Origin: an uncultured Acidobacteriota bacterium
GTDB taxonomy: Bacteria; Acidobacteriota; Polarisedimenticolia; J045
Direction of reading: 5' to 3'
Assembly (NCBI GenBank): GCA_963702545.1
Contig: CAVPDB010000013.1
Coordinates: 90,118 to 154,117 of the forward strand
Length of the DNA: 64,000 bases
Shown here: positions 36,727 through 47,500 of the stretch, piece after piece
Numbering within the stretch: position 1 is the first letter of the stretch
How the letters are laid out: each line of letters begins with the position of its first letter
The notes under the pieces: model-generated
The model's database searches: none
Told to the model about the DNA's origin: nothing
The model's input: only the letters and a program-made list of their open reading frames with translations
Position numbers and translations under genes: made by a program

Positions 36727-39700
36727 CTACCGCGCGCGCTTCAGCGCCGGCGGCGCCAGGTCGGGCGGAACCGGGACTCTTCGGCGCGACCCGCGGGTTC
36801 TTCGCCAGCTCGAGCATCAGCACCTCGACCGCCTTCTCCACCGACGGGTCGCCCCCCTGCGTCATCACCTCGGGCAGGTCGATCACCTCGATGTCCGGCT
36901 CGACCCCTTCGTTCTCGATGACCCACTGGCCGGCCGCGTCGTAGATCCGGAAGGTCGGGACCTGGACCGCGCCGCCGTCGGCCAGCGCCGGGTTGCCCGA
37001 CAGCCCGATCAGTCCGCCCCAGGTCCGCGTGCCGATCAGCGGCCCGAGGCCCCGCGCCTTGAACCAGTAGGGAAGGGCGTCGCCGCCCGAGGACGAGTAG
37101 CCGTTCATCAGCATCGCCTTCGGGCCGTCGTGCGCGAAGCCGGGCGAGCGCATCGCCTCGACGTTGCGCCGGGCCCACCAGGCCATCGTGTTGCGCTCGA
37201 GGTAGTCGATCATCCGGACCGGGATGAAGCCGCCGCCGTTGTAGCGGTCGTCGATGATCAGCGCGGGCTTGGTGACCTGCGCGTAAAACAACTTCTGCAG
37301 CATCCGGTTCCCCTCGCCCGCGGTGTTGGGGAGGTGGATGTAGCCGACCTTGCCGCCCGAGAGCTTGTCGGCCAGCGCCATCCGGGTCCGGACCCAGTCG
37401 AGGTAGCGCAGGTTCAACTCGCTGTCGATCGTGCGCACGGTGACCTGGCGCGCCCCCTCCGCGGCCGGCTTGCCGTTCACGCTCAGCACGACCTGCCGGT
37501 TCGCCTTCCCCTCGAGCAGGCGGTAGGGGTTGTCGGCGGTCGTCAGGTCGACGCCGTCGATCGCGACCAGGAACTCGCCCTCCTTGATGTTCACGCCGGG
37601 CTCGGAGAGCGGGCCGCGCCAAGCCTCGTCCCAGTTCTCGCCGGCGTAGATCTTGTCGATCCGGTAGCGGCCCGAAGGGTCGGCGAGCAGCTCGGCCCCG
37701 AGCATCCCGCCCTCGACCCTCTCCACCGTCGGCTCGTCGCCGGGGGCGACGTAGGTGTGGCCGGCCTCGAGCTCGCTCATCATCTCGCCCAGCAGCCAGT
37801 CGACCTCGGCCCGGTGCGCGACGAACGGGACCAGCGCGTCGTAGCGCTCGTAGAGCGCCTTCCAGTCGTAGCCGTGCATCGCCGGGTCGTAGAACCAGTC
37901 GCGGGTGATGCGCCAGCCGTCGGTGAACATCTGCTGCCACTCGGCCCGCGGGTCGAGCTTCATGCGCAGGCCGGAAAGGTCGAGTTTCCCCTCGCTGCCG
38001 GAGAGGCTGGCCTTGGCGTCGGTCAGGCCCCAGTTCGGACCCTGGCGGTAGAGCAGCTTCTTGCCGTCGGCCGTCAGCAGGTAGCCGCCGGGGTTGTCGA
38101 GGACCTTCTCTTCCTTGCGCTCCTTGAGGTCGAAACGGTAGAGCGCCCGCGAGCCGCCGTCGGCGTTGCGGACGTAGTAGACGAAGCCAGGGACGGCGGC
38201 CAGGTTGCCGTACTCGCCGGCGGGGAGGCCGGGGAGGGCGATGGTGCGGGCGGCGAAGCCCTCGGGGACGATCGTCGTGGTGGGGGGAGCCTTGTCGGCG
38301 TCCTTCTTGGCGTCGTCGTCCTTCTTCGGGCCGGCACGGAGGCCGGCCCCTACGGGGTCATCCTTCTTCGGGCCGGCACTGAGGCCGGCCCCTGCGGCTT
38401 CGCCTTTCTCCTCGTCCGACTTGAGCGGGAAGAGCGGGTCGGCGGCCGGGTCGAGCGCGGCGGCGTAGACGCGCCCCGCATTGCGGTAGAGGTAGTCGAA
38501 CTCGAAGGCGCTCGTGACGAAGTTGAAGTCGCGCAGGCTGGTGAAGAACAGGTACTTGCCGTCGGCCGAGAAGACCGGGTCGCCGTCCATCGTCGCCCCG
38601 TCGCCCAGGAAGAAGCTCTTCCCCTGCTCGACCGACCAGACCGCGATCCCGGGCATCCGGTTCGGGTGGCTCTTCTCGTAGGCCAGCCAGCGCGAGTCGG
38701 GGGACCAGCCGTAGCTGACCAGGTCCTCCTGGTCGCTCCGGTCGGCGACCGTCACCTCGCCGCTGGCGACGTCGACGACCAGCAGCCGCTGCTGGCGGTC
38801 CGCGAACGCCAGCTTCTTTCCGTCCGGGCTGAAGGCGGGAGCGTAGTACCAGCTGACGGCGTCCTTCGTCAGCTGCCGGGGCGTGCCGCTGCCGTCCTGG
38901 TTGCCGAGGTAGATCTCGTACTCGCCCGTCCGGTCGGACAGGTACGCGATCGTCTTCCCGTCCGGCGACCAGGCCGGCGCGCGCTCGCGCACCCCCTGGC
39001 TGGGAAAGAGGGCCCGCGTCGCGCCGTCTTTGGCCGGGACCGAGAACAGGTCGCCGCGGGCGTCGAACGCGACGCGCGCGCCGGACGGCGAGAGGGCCGC
39101 GCCGCCGACGTTCGCGGCGACCGCCTTGAAGGCCGGCAGCGCGTAGGGCTGCTCGGCGCCGAGTGCGATCGGGATCTTCGCCGCCTGGCCGCTGGCCAGG
39201 TCGTAGCGGTAGAGGAACCCGCCGTTCATGAAGACGATCGCGCCCGGCCCGGCCGCCGGCCAGAGGACGTCGAACTCGGTGAACTGCGTCAGCTTGCGCG
39301 TCGCCTTCGTCTTCAGGTCGCAGGCGAACAGGTTGAGCGTGTCGTCGCGGTCCGAGGTGAAGTAGATCGTGTCGCCGATCCAGATCGGGAAGTTGTCGGT
39401 GACGCGGCTGTCGGTCACGCGCTCGGACCGCGCGGCCACCAGGTCGTAGATCCAGATGTCCTGGGCCCGGCCGCCGCGGGTCCGCTTCCAGGTTCGGAAC
39501 TCGCGGTCGATCGGCGTGTAGGCCAGCTTCGTGCCGGACGGGTCGAACGAGGCGCTGCCGCCGTGGGGCAGGGGGAGCGGCCGCTCGAGGCCCCCCTTGG
39601 GGTCGACCAGGAAATAGGTCCCCATCCGCTCGCCGAAGGCGGTCCGGTTCATCCGCACCAGGATCCGCCCGTCCTTCGTCCAGTCCATCACCCAGTTGTC

Positions 39701-40117
39701 GAAGCCGCCGCGCGGCGGCATCGCGCCGACGTCGGTGTAGTAGGTCAACTGCCGCGGCTCGCCTCCGGCCAGCGGCATCACGTAGACCTGGCGCGAGCCG
39801 GTGTACTCGGCCGTGTAGGCGATCCACAGCCCATCCTGCGAGATCTTCGGGAACAGCTCCTGGCCGGGGTGAGCCGTCAGCCGCATCGCCGGGCCGCCCG
39901 CCGATGGAGCGCGCCAGATGTCGCCGCCGTGGACGAAGACGACCGTGTCGCCGTGGATGTCGGGGAAACGCAGGAGGCGCCCTTCGGGTGCCGCGGGACC
40001 GGGCTCGGCGGCGCGGGCCGGCCCGGCGACCAGCGCCAGCAGCACGAGCAGCGCCAGCAGGCAGGCGAAGCAGAGCGGGGTGGGGGTGGCCGGGACGAGC
40101 GAACGGAGCGTGCGCAC
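36727..40117 (-). CDS. tricorn-type protease homologue (beta-propellers + PDZ + S41 peptidase); C-terminus probably frame-shifted
   Basis: The GTG at 40117 lies 6 nt after GGAGG; the ORF track starts at a TTG at 40156. Signal peptide present. PD40/TolB-like propeller repeats. S41 core YNGGGF and MLMNGYSSSGGDALPYWF..GTRTWGGLIG. As written, the frame runs on to 36530 as Arg/Ser/Pro junk overlapping ggt by 187 bp. A shift at about 36778 gives ...NPRVAPK/VPVPPDLAPPALKRAR and a TAG at 36727-36729, 11 bp from the ggt start. Confidence 0.8.
38328..38395. repeat. two REP-like hairpin elements inside the tricorn-type protease CDS
   Basis: GGGCCGGCACGGAGGCCGGCCCCTAC (38328-38353) and GGGCCGGCACTGAGGCCGGCCCCTGC (38370-38395). 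These are the same element as the intergenic copies at 55968, 56014, 63260, 63307 and 63362. Confidence 0.85.
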
Positions 40118-40208
40118 GGAGGACCTCCGGAGGGCGTTGAGGCGCCAGATTGCCAAAACGGGAGCGGCAAGACAAACGATAGCGGCCGCGGGGTATCCTT
40201 AGGTCCTC

Positions 40209-41357
40209 ATGCGCCCCCCGCTCACCCCGCGCCTGGCACCGTTCGGCACGACGATCTTCACCGAGATGACCGAGCTGGCGGCGCGGCACGGCGCGGTCAA
40301 CCTGGGGCAGGGGTTCCCCGACTTCGACGGGCCGGAGTTCGTCAAGGAGGCCGCGCTCCGGGCGATCCGGGACGGCCGCAACCAGTACGTGCGGATGTTC
40401 GGCCTGCCGGAGCTGAACCGCGCGGTTTCGGCGCACCGGCGGCGTTTCTACGGCCTGGACTACGACCCCGACGGCGAGATCACCGTCTTCTCGGGTGCGA
40501 CCGAGGCGCTCTTCGCCACCTTCCAGGCGCTGTTCGACGCCGGCGACGAGGCGATCCTGTTCGAGCCGTTCTACGACTCCTACCGGCCGGGGCTGGCCAA
40601 CGCCGGGGCGCGGGCGGTCGTGGTACCGCTGACTCCGCCCGGCTTCACGCTGGACGCCGAGGCGCTGGCGCGCGCAGTCACGCCGCGGACCCGCGCGATC
40701 GTCCTCAACTCCCCGCTCAACCCGGTCGGGAAGGTCTTCGCGCGAGCGGAGCTGGAGGCCGTGGCGGAGGTCTGCCGGCGCCACGACCTGCTGGCGGTCA
40801 CGGACGAGGTCTACGAGCACCTTGTCTTCGACGGCGAGCACCTGCCGCTGGCGACGCTCCCCGGGATGCGCGAGAGGACCGTGATGATCTCGTCGGCCGG
40901 GAAGACCTTCAGCCTGACCGGCTGGAAGGTCGGCTACGCCTGCGCGCCGGAGCCGCTGACCCGAGCGCTGCGGGCGGCGCACCAGTTCGTCACTTTCTGC
41001 ACCCCCGGGCCGTTCCAGCTCGCCGTCGCCGCGGGGCTCGAGGCCGACGACGAGTTCTTTGCGCGCTTCGTCGCCGACTACCGGGCGCGGCGCGACCGGC
41101 TGTGTGCCGGGCTGGCCGCGGCCGGCTACGGCGTGCTGGTCCCGCAGGGGACCTACTTCGCCGTTGCCGACATCCGGCCGCTGGGATGGGACGACGACCT
41201 GGCCTACTGCCGTGCGCTGCCGGAGACGAAGGGGGTCGCGGCGATCCCGGTCTCGGCCTTCTGCGAGGAACCGGCGCGGGTGCGGCACCTCGTCCGCTTC
41301 GCGTTCTGCAAGTCGGACGCCACGCTCGATGCGGCGCTGGGGCGGCTCGGCGGCTGA
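40209..41357 (+). CDS. class I aminotransferase (YbdL / kynurenine-aminotransferase-like)
   Basis: 382 aa. TTIFTEMTELAARHGAVNLGQGFPDF and PLP-lysine context SSAGKTFSLTGWKVGY. Confidence 0.85.
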   Translation: MRPPLTPRLAPFGTTIFTEMTELAARHGAVNLGQGFPDFDGPEFVKEAALRAIRDGRNQYVRMFGLPELNRAVSAHRRRFYGLDYDPDGEITVFSGATEALFATFQALFDAGDEAILFEPFYDSYRPGLANAGARAVVVPLTPPGFTLDAEALARAVTPRTRAIVLNSPLNPVGKVFARAELEAVAEVCRRHDLLAVTDEVYEHLVFDGEHLPLATLPGMRERTVMISSAGKTFSLTGWKVGYACAPEPLTRALRAAHQFVTFCTPGPFQLAVAAGLEADDEFFARFVADYRARRDRLCAGLAAAGYGVLVPQGTYFAVADIRPLGWDDDLAYCRALPETKGVAAIPVSAFCEEPARVRHLVRFAFCKSDATLDAALGRLGG

Positions 41358-41389
41358 GCGGTAGCGCGGGCCGCCACGGAGGGCGGCCG

Positions 41390-42925
41390 CTACGGCGTCA
41401 CGGTCTCGCGGTCGTAGGCGCCGTCCGAGACCGAGCGCGCCGTGCGGAAGGCCAGCCGCGCGATCTTCTCGAGCAGCGCCGGGTTCAGCGTTTCCGGCCG
41501 GTCGCTGGCCTGGTGCAGGTGCGTGTAGCTCTTCGTCGACGCGAAGTAGAGCGTCGGGATCCCCTTCTCGTGGAACGGTGTCGCGTCGGCGCCGCCACCG
41601 GCCCAGGTGTCCGCGATCGTGATCCGCTCCCCGCCGGCGTCGAGCGTGCGGGCCAGCTCCCAGAGGTGCGGCGCGCTCTTGCCGCCGCCCAGTTGCAGCC
41701 CGTCGCCGTGCCCGACGCAGTCGATGTTGAGCATCGCCACGACCTGGTCCGGCGGGTAGGGCATCCGCTCGGCGAACCAGCGCGAGCCGTTCAGCCCCTG
41801 CTCCTCCGCGGCGAACAGCACGAAGACCAGCGTCTGTCGGGGCGGGCGGTGGCTCTTCGCGAAGGCCTCGGCGACCGCGAGCAGCGCGGCCGTGCCGGAG
41901 GCGTTGTCGTTGGCCCCCGGCCAGAGCACCCCTTCCTGCGTTCCGACGTGGTCGAGGTGCGCCCCCAGCACGACGACCCGGCCACGCAGCTCCGGGTCGC
42001 CGCCGGGCAGGACCGCAACCACGTTGGCCGCGGGCTGGTCGGGGCGGTACTTCGCCACGACCGTCATCGCGGCCTTCGAGCCGAGCGGGCGCGAGCGCGG
42101 CGCCTTCGCCTCGGCGAGTTCCTTCGCGAGCGACTCGAGCGTGGCCCCGCTCCCGGCCAGCAGTTGCGCCGCCACCGCCCCGCTGACGTGCTGCTGCGGG
42201 AAGCTGGCCGGCTGCTCGCCGGGCCCGTGCATCACGCTGGCGATCGGCGGCCCGATCTTGCCGTCCTTCGGCAGCGAGACCATCAGCAGCCCCACCGCGC
42301 CGCGGGCCTGCGCCGCGAGCGCCTTCGGCCGCGGCAGGGTCGCGTCGCCCCAGCCCTTGACCCCCTCCGCGGCGCGCGGCGGGTCGAACGGCGGCGCGTC
42401 CTTGAAGACCAGCACGATCTTGCCGGCGACGTCCAGGCCGGCGTAATCGTCCCAGCCGCGGTCGGACAGCGACAGGCCGAACCCCGCGAACACCACGGGG
42501 GCCGAGACGGTGCCCGAGCCGGTGAAGCCGCGGCAGGTGAAGTCCTCCGGGATCGCCAGCGCGCGCGGCGCGCCGCCGGCCGGCGTGATCGACAGCCGGC
42601 AGCTCTCGATCGCGTTGTACTCGAGCGGGAAGACCTGCAGGTAGCCGCCTGCGTCGCCGCCCGGCCGCAGGCCCAGCTTCTCGAACCGCTTGGCGGCCCA
42701 GCGCGCGGCCTCGTCGTAGCCGGGGCTCCCCGCCAGCCGCCCGCCGAACTTGGGCGAGGCCAGGGTCCGCACGTCCTTCATCATGGACTCGGCCTCGATC
42801 CCCGGGACCGCGTCCGGATTCCCCTTCTTCTCGGCGAACGCGGCGGCGGCGGCGAGCCCGATCGCCGCGCCCGCCAGGATCCATGCGCCGGCCCGTGCCC
42901 GGGCCGTTCCGCGATCGCGCCTCAT
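41390..42925 (-). CDS. M28-family aminopeptidase with PA domain, secreted
   Basis: 511 aa from the ATG at 42925, preceded by GGAGGA. Signal peptide present. PA-domain insert (GKIVLVFKD). M28 metal-ligand contexts GAHLDHVG, NDNASGTA, FAAEEQGLNGSRWF and NIDCVGHG. Confidence 0.85.
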   Translation of the reverse strand: MRRDRGTARARAGAWILAGAAIGLAAAAAFAEKKGNPDAVPGIEAESMMKDVRTLASPKFGGRLAGSPGYDEAARWAAKRFEKLGLRPGGDAGGYLQVFPLEYNAIESCRLSITPAGGAPRALAIPEDFTCRGFTGSGTVSAPVVFAGFGLSLSDRGWDDYAGLDVAGKIVLVFKDAPPFDPPRAAEGVKGWGDATLPRPKALAAQARGAVGLLMVSLPKDGKIGPPIASVMHGPGEQPASFPQQHVSGAVAAQLLAGSGATLESLAKELAEAKAPRSRPLGSKAAMTVVAKYRPDQPAANVVAVLPGGDPELRGRVVVLGAHLDHVGTQEGVLWPGANDNASGTAALLAVAEAFAKSHRPPRQTLVFVLFAAEEQGLNGSRWFAERMPYPPDQVVAMLNIDCVGHGDGLQLGGGKSAPHLWELARTLDAGGERITIADTWAGGGADATPFHEKGIPTLYFASTKSYTHLHQASDRPETLNPALLEKIARLAFRTARSVSDGAYDRETVTP

Positions 42926-43028
42926 CCGGTCCTCCGTCCGCGGGCGGCCGTTGACGGCGCGCCGCGGGCGCTGAGATCCTACACGGATGGCGCCCTTCCG
43001 CCCCGGCCCGCCCCCGCCCCGGCCGCCG

Positions 43029-43785
43029 ATGTCCGCGCGGCTGCTGTTCGCGGACGAGCGGCTGGTGGCGCTCGACAAGCCGGCGGGGCTCTCGCTCGCC
43101 ACGCCGGCCCGCGATCCGGGCGCGCGCGGTCCGGCGGCTGGTCGAGGCGCTTCCGGCCGCGGTGCGCCGCGAGGAGGCGCTCGAGCCGGACGCGCTGTAC
43201 CTGGTGCACCGGCTCGACGTCGGCACGACCGGCGTCGTCCTGCTCGCGCGCGACGCCGCGACGCACCGCGCGCTGGCGGTGGCGCTCGGCGGCCGGCGGA
43301 TCGGGAAGCTCTACCTCGCGCTCTGCTGGGGGCACCCGCGGCCGCGCGACGGGCGGTACGACGCGCCGCTCGGCCCCGACCGCGCCGACCGGCGGAAGAT
43401 GCGCGTCGATCCGGCGGGACGGCCCGCCGCGACCCGCTACCGCGTGCTGGCCGCGCCGCCGCACGCGGCGCTGGTCGAGCTGCGGCCGGAGACCGGGCGG
43501 ACGCACCAGATCCGCGTCCACCTCGCCCACGCCGGCCACCCGATCGTGGGAGACGACTTCTACGGGGGGCCGCGCCACCGCGGCCTGCGGGACGCCGCGC
43601 TGCGCGCCGCGCTCGCGCCGGACCACACCTTCCTGCACGCGTGGCGGCTGGAACTGCCGGAGGACCTGGGGCCGGTGATCACGGCACCGCTGCCGGCGGA
43701 CTTTGCGGCGGCGCTCGACCTGCTGGGAGTTCCGCCGCCAGCGCTGCCGCCCGGCGTCAGGCCGGAAGGGCCAACCGCCCGCTGA
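43029..43785 (+). CDS. RluA-family pseudouridine synthase (one frame break)
   Basis: The N-terminus MSARLLFADERLVALDKPAGLSLA is in one frame (an alternative start lies at 42987). The catalytic core LYLVHRLDVGTTGVVLLARD...GRTHQIRVHLAHAGHPIVGD is in the next frame. The junction is in the GCGCGCG stretch near 43125. Confidence 0.8.
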
Positions 43786-43851
43786 CGGCCGTGCGGAAAC
43801 CCCAGCGAACCAACAAATCGGGACGAGGAAAGAGGGACAGCGACCGATTCC

Positions 43852-44493
43852 CTACTCGGACGAGATCAGTCCGGAGCGGATCGCGAACCGCACCAGGCCC
43901 GGGACGTCGTGGATCCCGAGCCGCTCCATGATCTGGGCGCGGTGGGTCTCGACCGTCTTGATCGACAACTCCAGGTCGGCCGCGATCTCCTTGGTCGAGC
44001 GCCCCTCGGCGATCAGCTGCAGGACCTCGCGCTGGCGCGGGCTCAGGCCCCCGAGCGGGTCGGCCGCGGGGAGTTCGCCCCGCAGGTAGGAGCTGACGAC
44101 CTGCTGGGAGATCGACGGGCTGAGGAACGTCCCGCCCCGGCCGACGGCCTCCAGCGCGGCCTGCAGGTCCGACGCGGCCGAGTCCTTCAGCAGGTAGCCC
44201 GCCACGCCGGCCCGCAGCGCCTGGGCGACGTAGGTCTCGCCGGCGTGCATGGAGAGCACGATGACGCGGGTGCGGGGCGAGGACTCCCGGACCCGCGCCG
44301 CGACCTCGAGCCCGTTGAGGCCGGGCATCGTGATGTCGAGCAGGGCGATGTCGGGGTGGTGCCGCTCGATCAGCTCGAGCGCCTCGCGCCCGTCGCCCGC
44401 CTCGGCGACCACGAGCACGCCGGTGATCGACTCCAGCAGCGCGCGGATCCCGCTGCGCACCAGGTGGTGGTCGTCGGCGAGGATCACCTTCAC
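43852..44493 (-). CDS. NarL/FixJ-family response regulator
   Basis: 213 aa. Receiver domain (MKVILADDHHLV...LLDITMPGLNG) and LuxR-type HTH (LSPRQREVLQLIAEGRSTKEIAADLELSIKTVETHR). Confidence 0.95.
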   Translation of the reverse strand: MKVILADDHHLVRSGIRALLESITGVLVVAEAGDGREALELIERHHPDIALLDITMPGLNGLEVAARVRESSPRTRVIVLSMHAGETYVAQALRAGVAGYLLKDSAASDLQAALEAVGRGGTFLSPSISQQVVSSYLRGELPAADPLGGLSPRQREVLQLIAEGRSTKEIAADLELSIKTVETHRAQIMERLGIHDVPGLVRFAIRSGLISSE

Positions 44494-44503
44494 GAAGGCC
44501 TCC

Positions 44504-47500
44504 TCAGGCGCTCCATGGTAGCTCAGCCCGGATCGCCGTCCCCCGCCCCCGCGCCGAAGACAATGTGACCCGTCCGCCGAGGGCCTCGGCCCGCTCCCGC
44601 ATCCCCGTGATCCCGAAGTGCTCGCCGCCGGTCGCGGCGGCGGCGGCGTCCGGATCGAAGCCCTGTCCGTCGTCCTCCACCTCGATCCACAGGCGCCGGT
44701 CCTCGGCCCGCAGCCGGACCGCGACCCGCGTCGCGCCGGCGTGCCGGACCACGTTCGTCATCGCCTCCTGCACGATCCGGAAGGCGGCGATCTCCAGCTC
44801 CGCGGGCAGCCGCTCGGGCAGGCCGTCGTCCGAGAAGGTGACCGCCAGCCCGGTCCGGTCGGCCTGGGCTGCGAGGTGCCCGCGCAGCGCCGCGATCAGC
44901 CCCAGCTCGTCCATCAGCGGCGGGCGCAGTTCGAACGAGAGCGCGCGCACCAGCTTGATCATCCGGTCCAGCAGCCCGACCGTGTCGGCCAGTCGCCGCG
45001 GCGCCGTGCCGTCGGGCCCCAGCTTCTGCAGCAGCTGGATGTTGATCTTGGCGGCGGTCAGCAGCTGGCCCATCTCGTCGTGCAGCTCGCGGGCGATCGC
45101 CTTGCGCTCCTCCTCCTTGGCCGCCTCGAGCCGCCGCGTCAGGGCCTGCAGCCGCTCGAAGGCGGACTGCAACTCCTCCTCCTTGGATCGCGCGACGCGC
45201 AGCGCGGCCTCGCGCTGGACCTGCAGCTCGGCCAGCTCGCGATTGCGGCGCTCGAGGCGCCGGGTCCGGACCTGGTGCCAGGTGATCGCTCCCGCGGCCA
45301 GCGCGACCGCGCTGAGGATCCGGAACCAGGCGGTACGGTAGAAGGGGGGGACGACCTGGACCGTCAGCGCCAGCGGCGGGTCGCTCCATTCGCCGCGGGC
45401 GCCGCGGGCGCGCAGTTCCAGCCGGTGCGCGCCCGGCGCCAGGTCGGTGAAGGTCAGCTCGCGCCGTGCGCCGAGATCGAGCCATTCGCCCCCGGCCACG
45501 CGGTACGCATAGCGGTGGCGCCGGTGCGAGTCGTAGTCGACGACCGCGAACGAGACCGTCAGCGGTTCGCCGTGGCGGATCGAGACCGAGGCGGGCGGCC
45601 ACGGCGATCCCGGCGCCGCGGCCGGCCCCTTCAGCGTGCGCAGCGCGGTCAGCGCGAGCCGCGCCGGTGGCGGGGTGGGGAAGGGCGTGCCGCGCGGGAT
45701 CGCGACCAGGCCGTTGAGCAGGCCGACGTAGATCGCGTCGTGGGCCCGGACCGCGGCGGACAGGTTCCCCTCGGAAGAGGGCAGCCCGTCGGCGACGTCG
45801 TAGCTGACGAAGGTGCGGCGCAGCGGGTCGAAGCGTGTCAGGCCGCGCCGCGTCGCGAGCCACAGGCTCCCGTCGTCGTCCTCGACGATCGACATCACGT
45901 TGTCGTTGACCAGGCCGTCGCGGGCGGTGATTCGCTCGAAGCGGGCGCCGCGCTCCGGGTCCAGGCGCAGCAGCCGCGCCAGCCCGCCGCCGGCGCTGCC
46001 GATCCAGATGTTGCCGGCGCGGTCCTCCAGGATCGAGGTGACGTACTGGTGGGCCAGCGCCTCGGGGTCCTGCGGGTCGACCGGGATCCGCTGCACCCGC
46101 AACGTGGCCCGGTCGACCAGGTTCACGCCGCCGGAGCGGGTCCCCATCCAGAGCCGCCCGGCACGGTCCTCGTACAGCGTCGTGACGAAGTTGTCGCTCG
46201 GCGTCGCCGGGTCGTCCGGCCGGTTCACGATCCGCTCGAAGCCGCGCCCGTCCTCCCGCAGGCGCGCCAGCCCGCCGCCGCCGGTCCCGATCCAGACCCG
46301 GTCGTCGCGGTCGATCAGCAGGGCGTAGGCGTAGCCGCGCGGCAGCGAAGCGGGATCGGACGGGTCGTGGATGAAGCGCGTCAACGCGCCCGAGGCCGGG
46401 TCGAAGCGCGTCACGCCGTCGGTCGCCGCGAGCCAGAGCCTCCCGGCACGATCCTCGCCGATCCGCAGCGTTCCGTCCGCGACCGGCCGCCCCTGATCGC
46501 GCAGCGGGATGCTCTGGAACCCCGGGCCGCCCGGCTCGAAGACCTCGATCCCGCCGCCGAAGGAGCCGATCCAGAGCCGCTGCCGCCGGTCCTCGAACAG
46601 CGCGGTGATGTCGCCGTAGCTGGGCGAGCCGGCGCCGCTCCGGGCGCGGATCGCGCGGAACGGGCCGGCCGGCTGGAGCAGGCGTGCGAGCCCTCCGCTC
46701 GTCGTGCCGAGCCAGAGCGAGCCGCCCGCGTCCAGGGCCAGGGCGGTGATCCGCTCCTCGGTCTGCGCGTCCTCCTGCCGCTCCCCCGTGGAAGCGGATC
46801 CGGTACTCGACGAACGGCGGCTCGTCCACCCGCAGCAGCCCGACGAACGTGCCCAGCCAGACCGGGCCGGCCGGCGTCGCGGCCAGCGCCGGGACCACGC
46901 TCTCGAGCAGCGAATCGTCCTGTCCCGGCCGCACCGCCGCGCGCAGGGTCGAGCCCGTCCGCGGATCGTGCACCACCGCGCCGAAACGCCCCCCGATCCA
47001 GAGCCGCCCGCTCGCGTCGAAGGCCAGCGCGAAGGCGTCGGCCGACGCGGCAGCGCGCTCGCTGCCCGGCGGGATCGGGAGCGGCCGGGCCGTCCCGGAC
47101 GCGGGGTCGAAGCGCAGGACCCAGTCGCCGATCGTCGCGATCCAGAGCGAACCGTCCGGTGCGGGCAGCAGCGCGCAGATGTACTCCGCGCCGGAGCGCG
47201 GGTTCGGCTTCGGCAGGACGGGCACCCGCTGCGCGCGGCCGGTCGCCGGATCGAAGAGGTTGAGGCCCGATTGCGTCCCGACCCACAGCCGGCCCTCCCC
47301 GGCCTCGGCGATCGCATAGACGCTGTCGTGGCTGAGCGTGCCGGCGTCCCCCCGTCGTGGCGGAAGGCGGTGACGCCGCCCGAGGCGCGGTCGAGCCGGT
47401 TCAGGCCGCCGGCGTTGGTCCCGACCCACAGGTTGCCCGCGCGGTCCTCGAAGACGGTCCGGACCCAGTTGTCGGCGAGCGAGGCCGGGTCGCCGACGAC

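Noticed and set aside
36611-43678. A 2355-codon stop-free ORF on the plus strand, spanning several genes.
   Set aside because: It runs antisense to the tricorn-type and M28 genes and out of frame through the aminotransferase. Its translation is Arg/Gly/Pro/Ala junk with no family signal. Extreme GC with G/C-rich third positions removes stop codons from non-coding frames.
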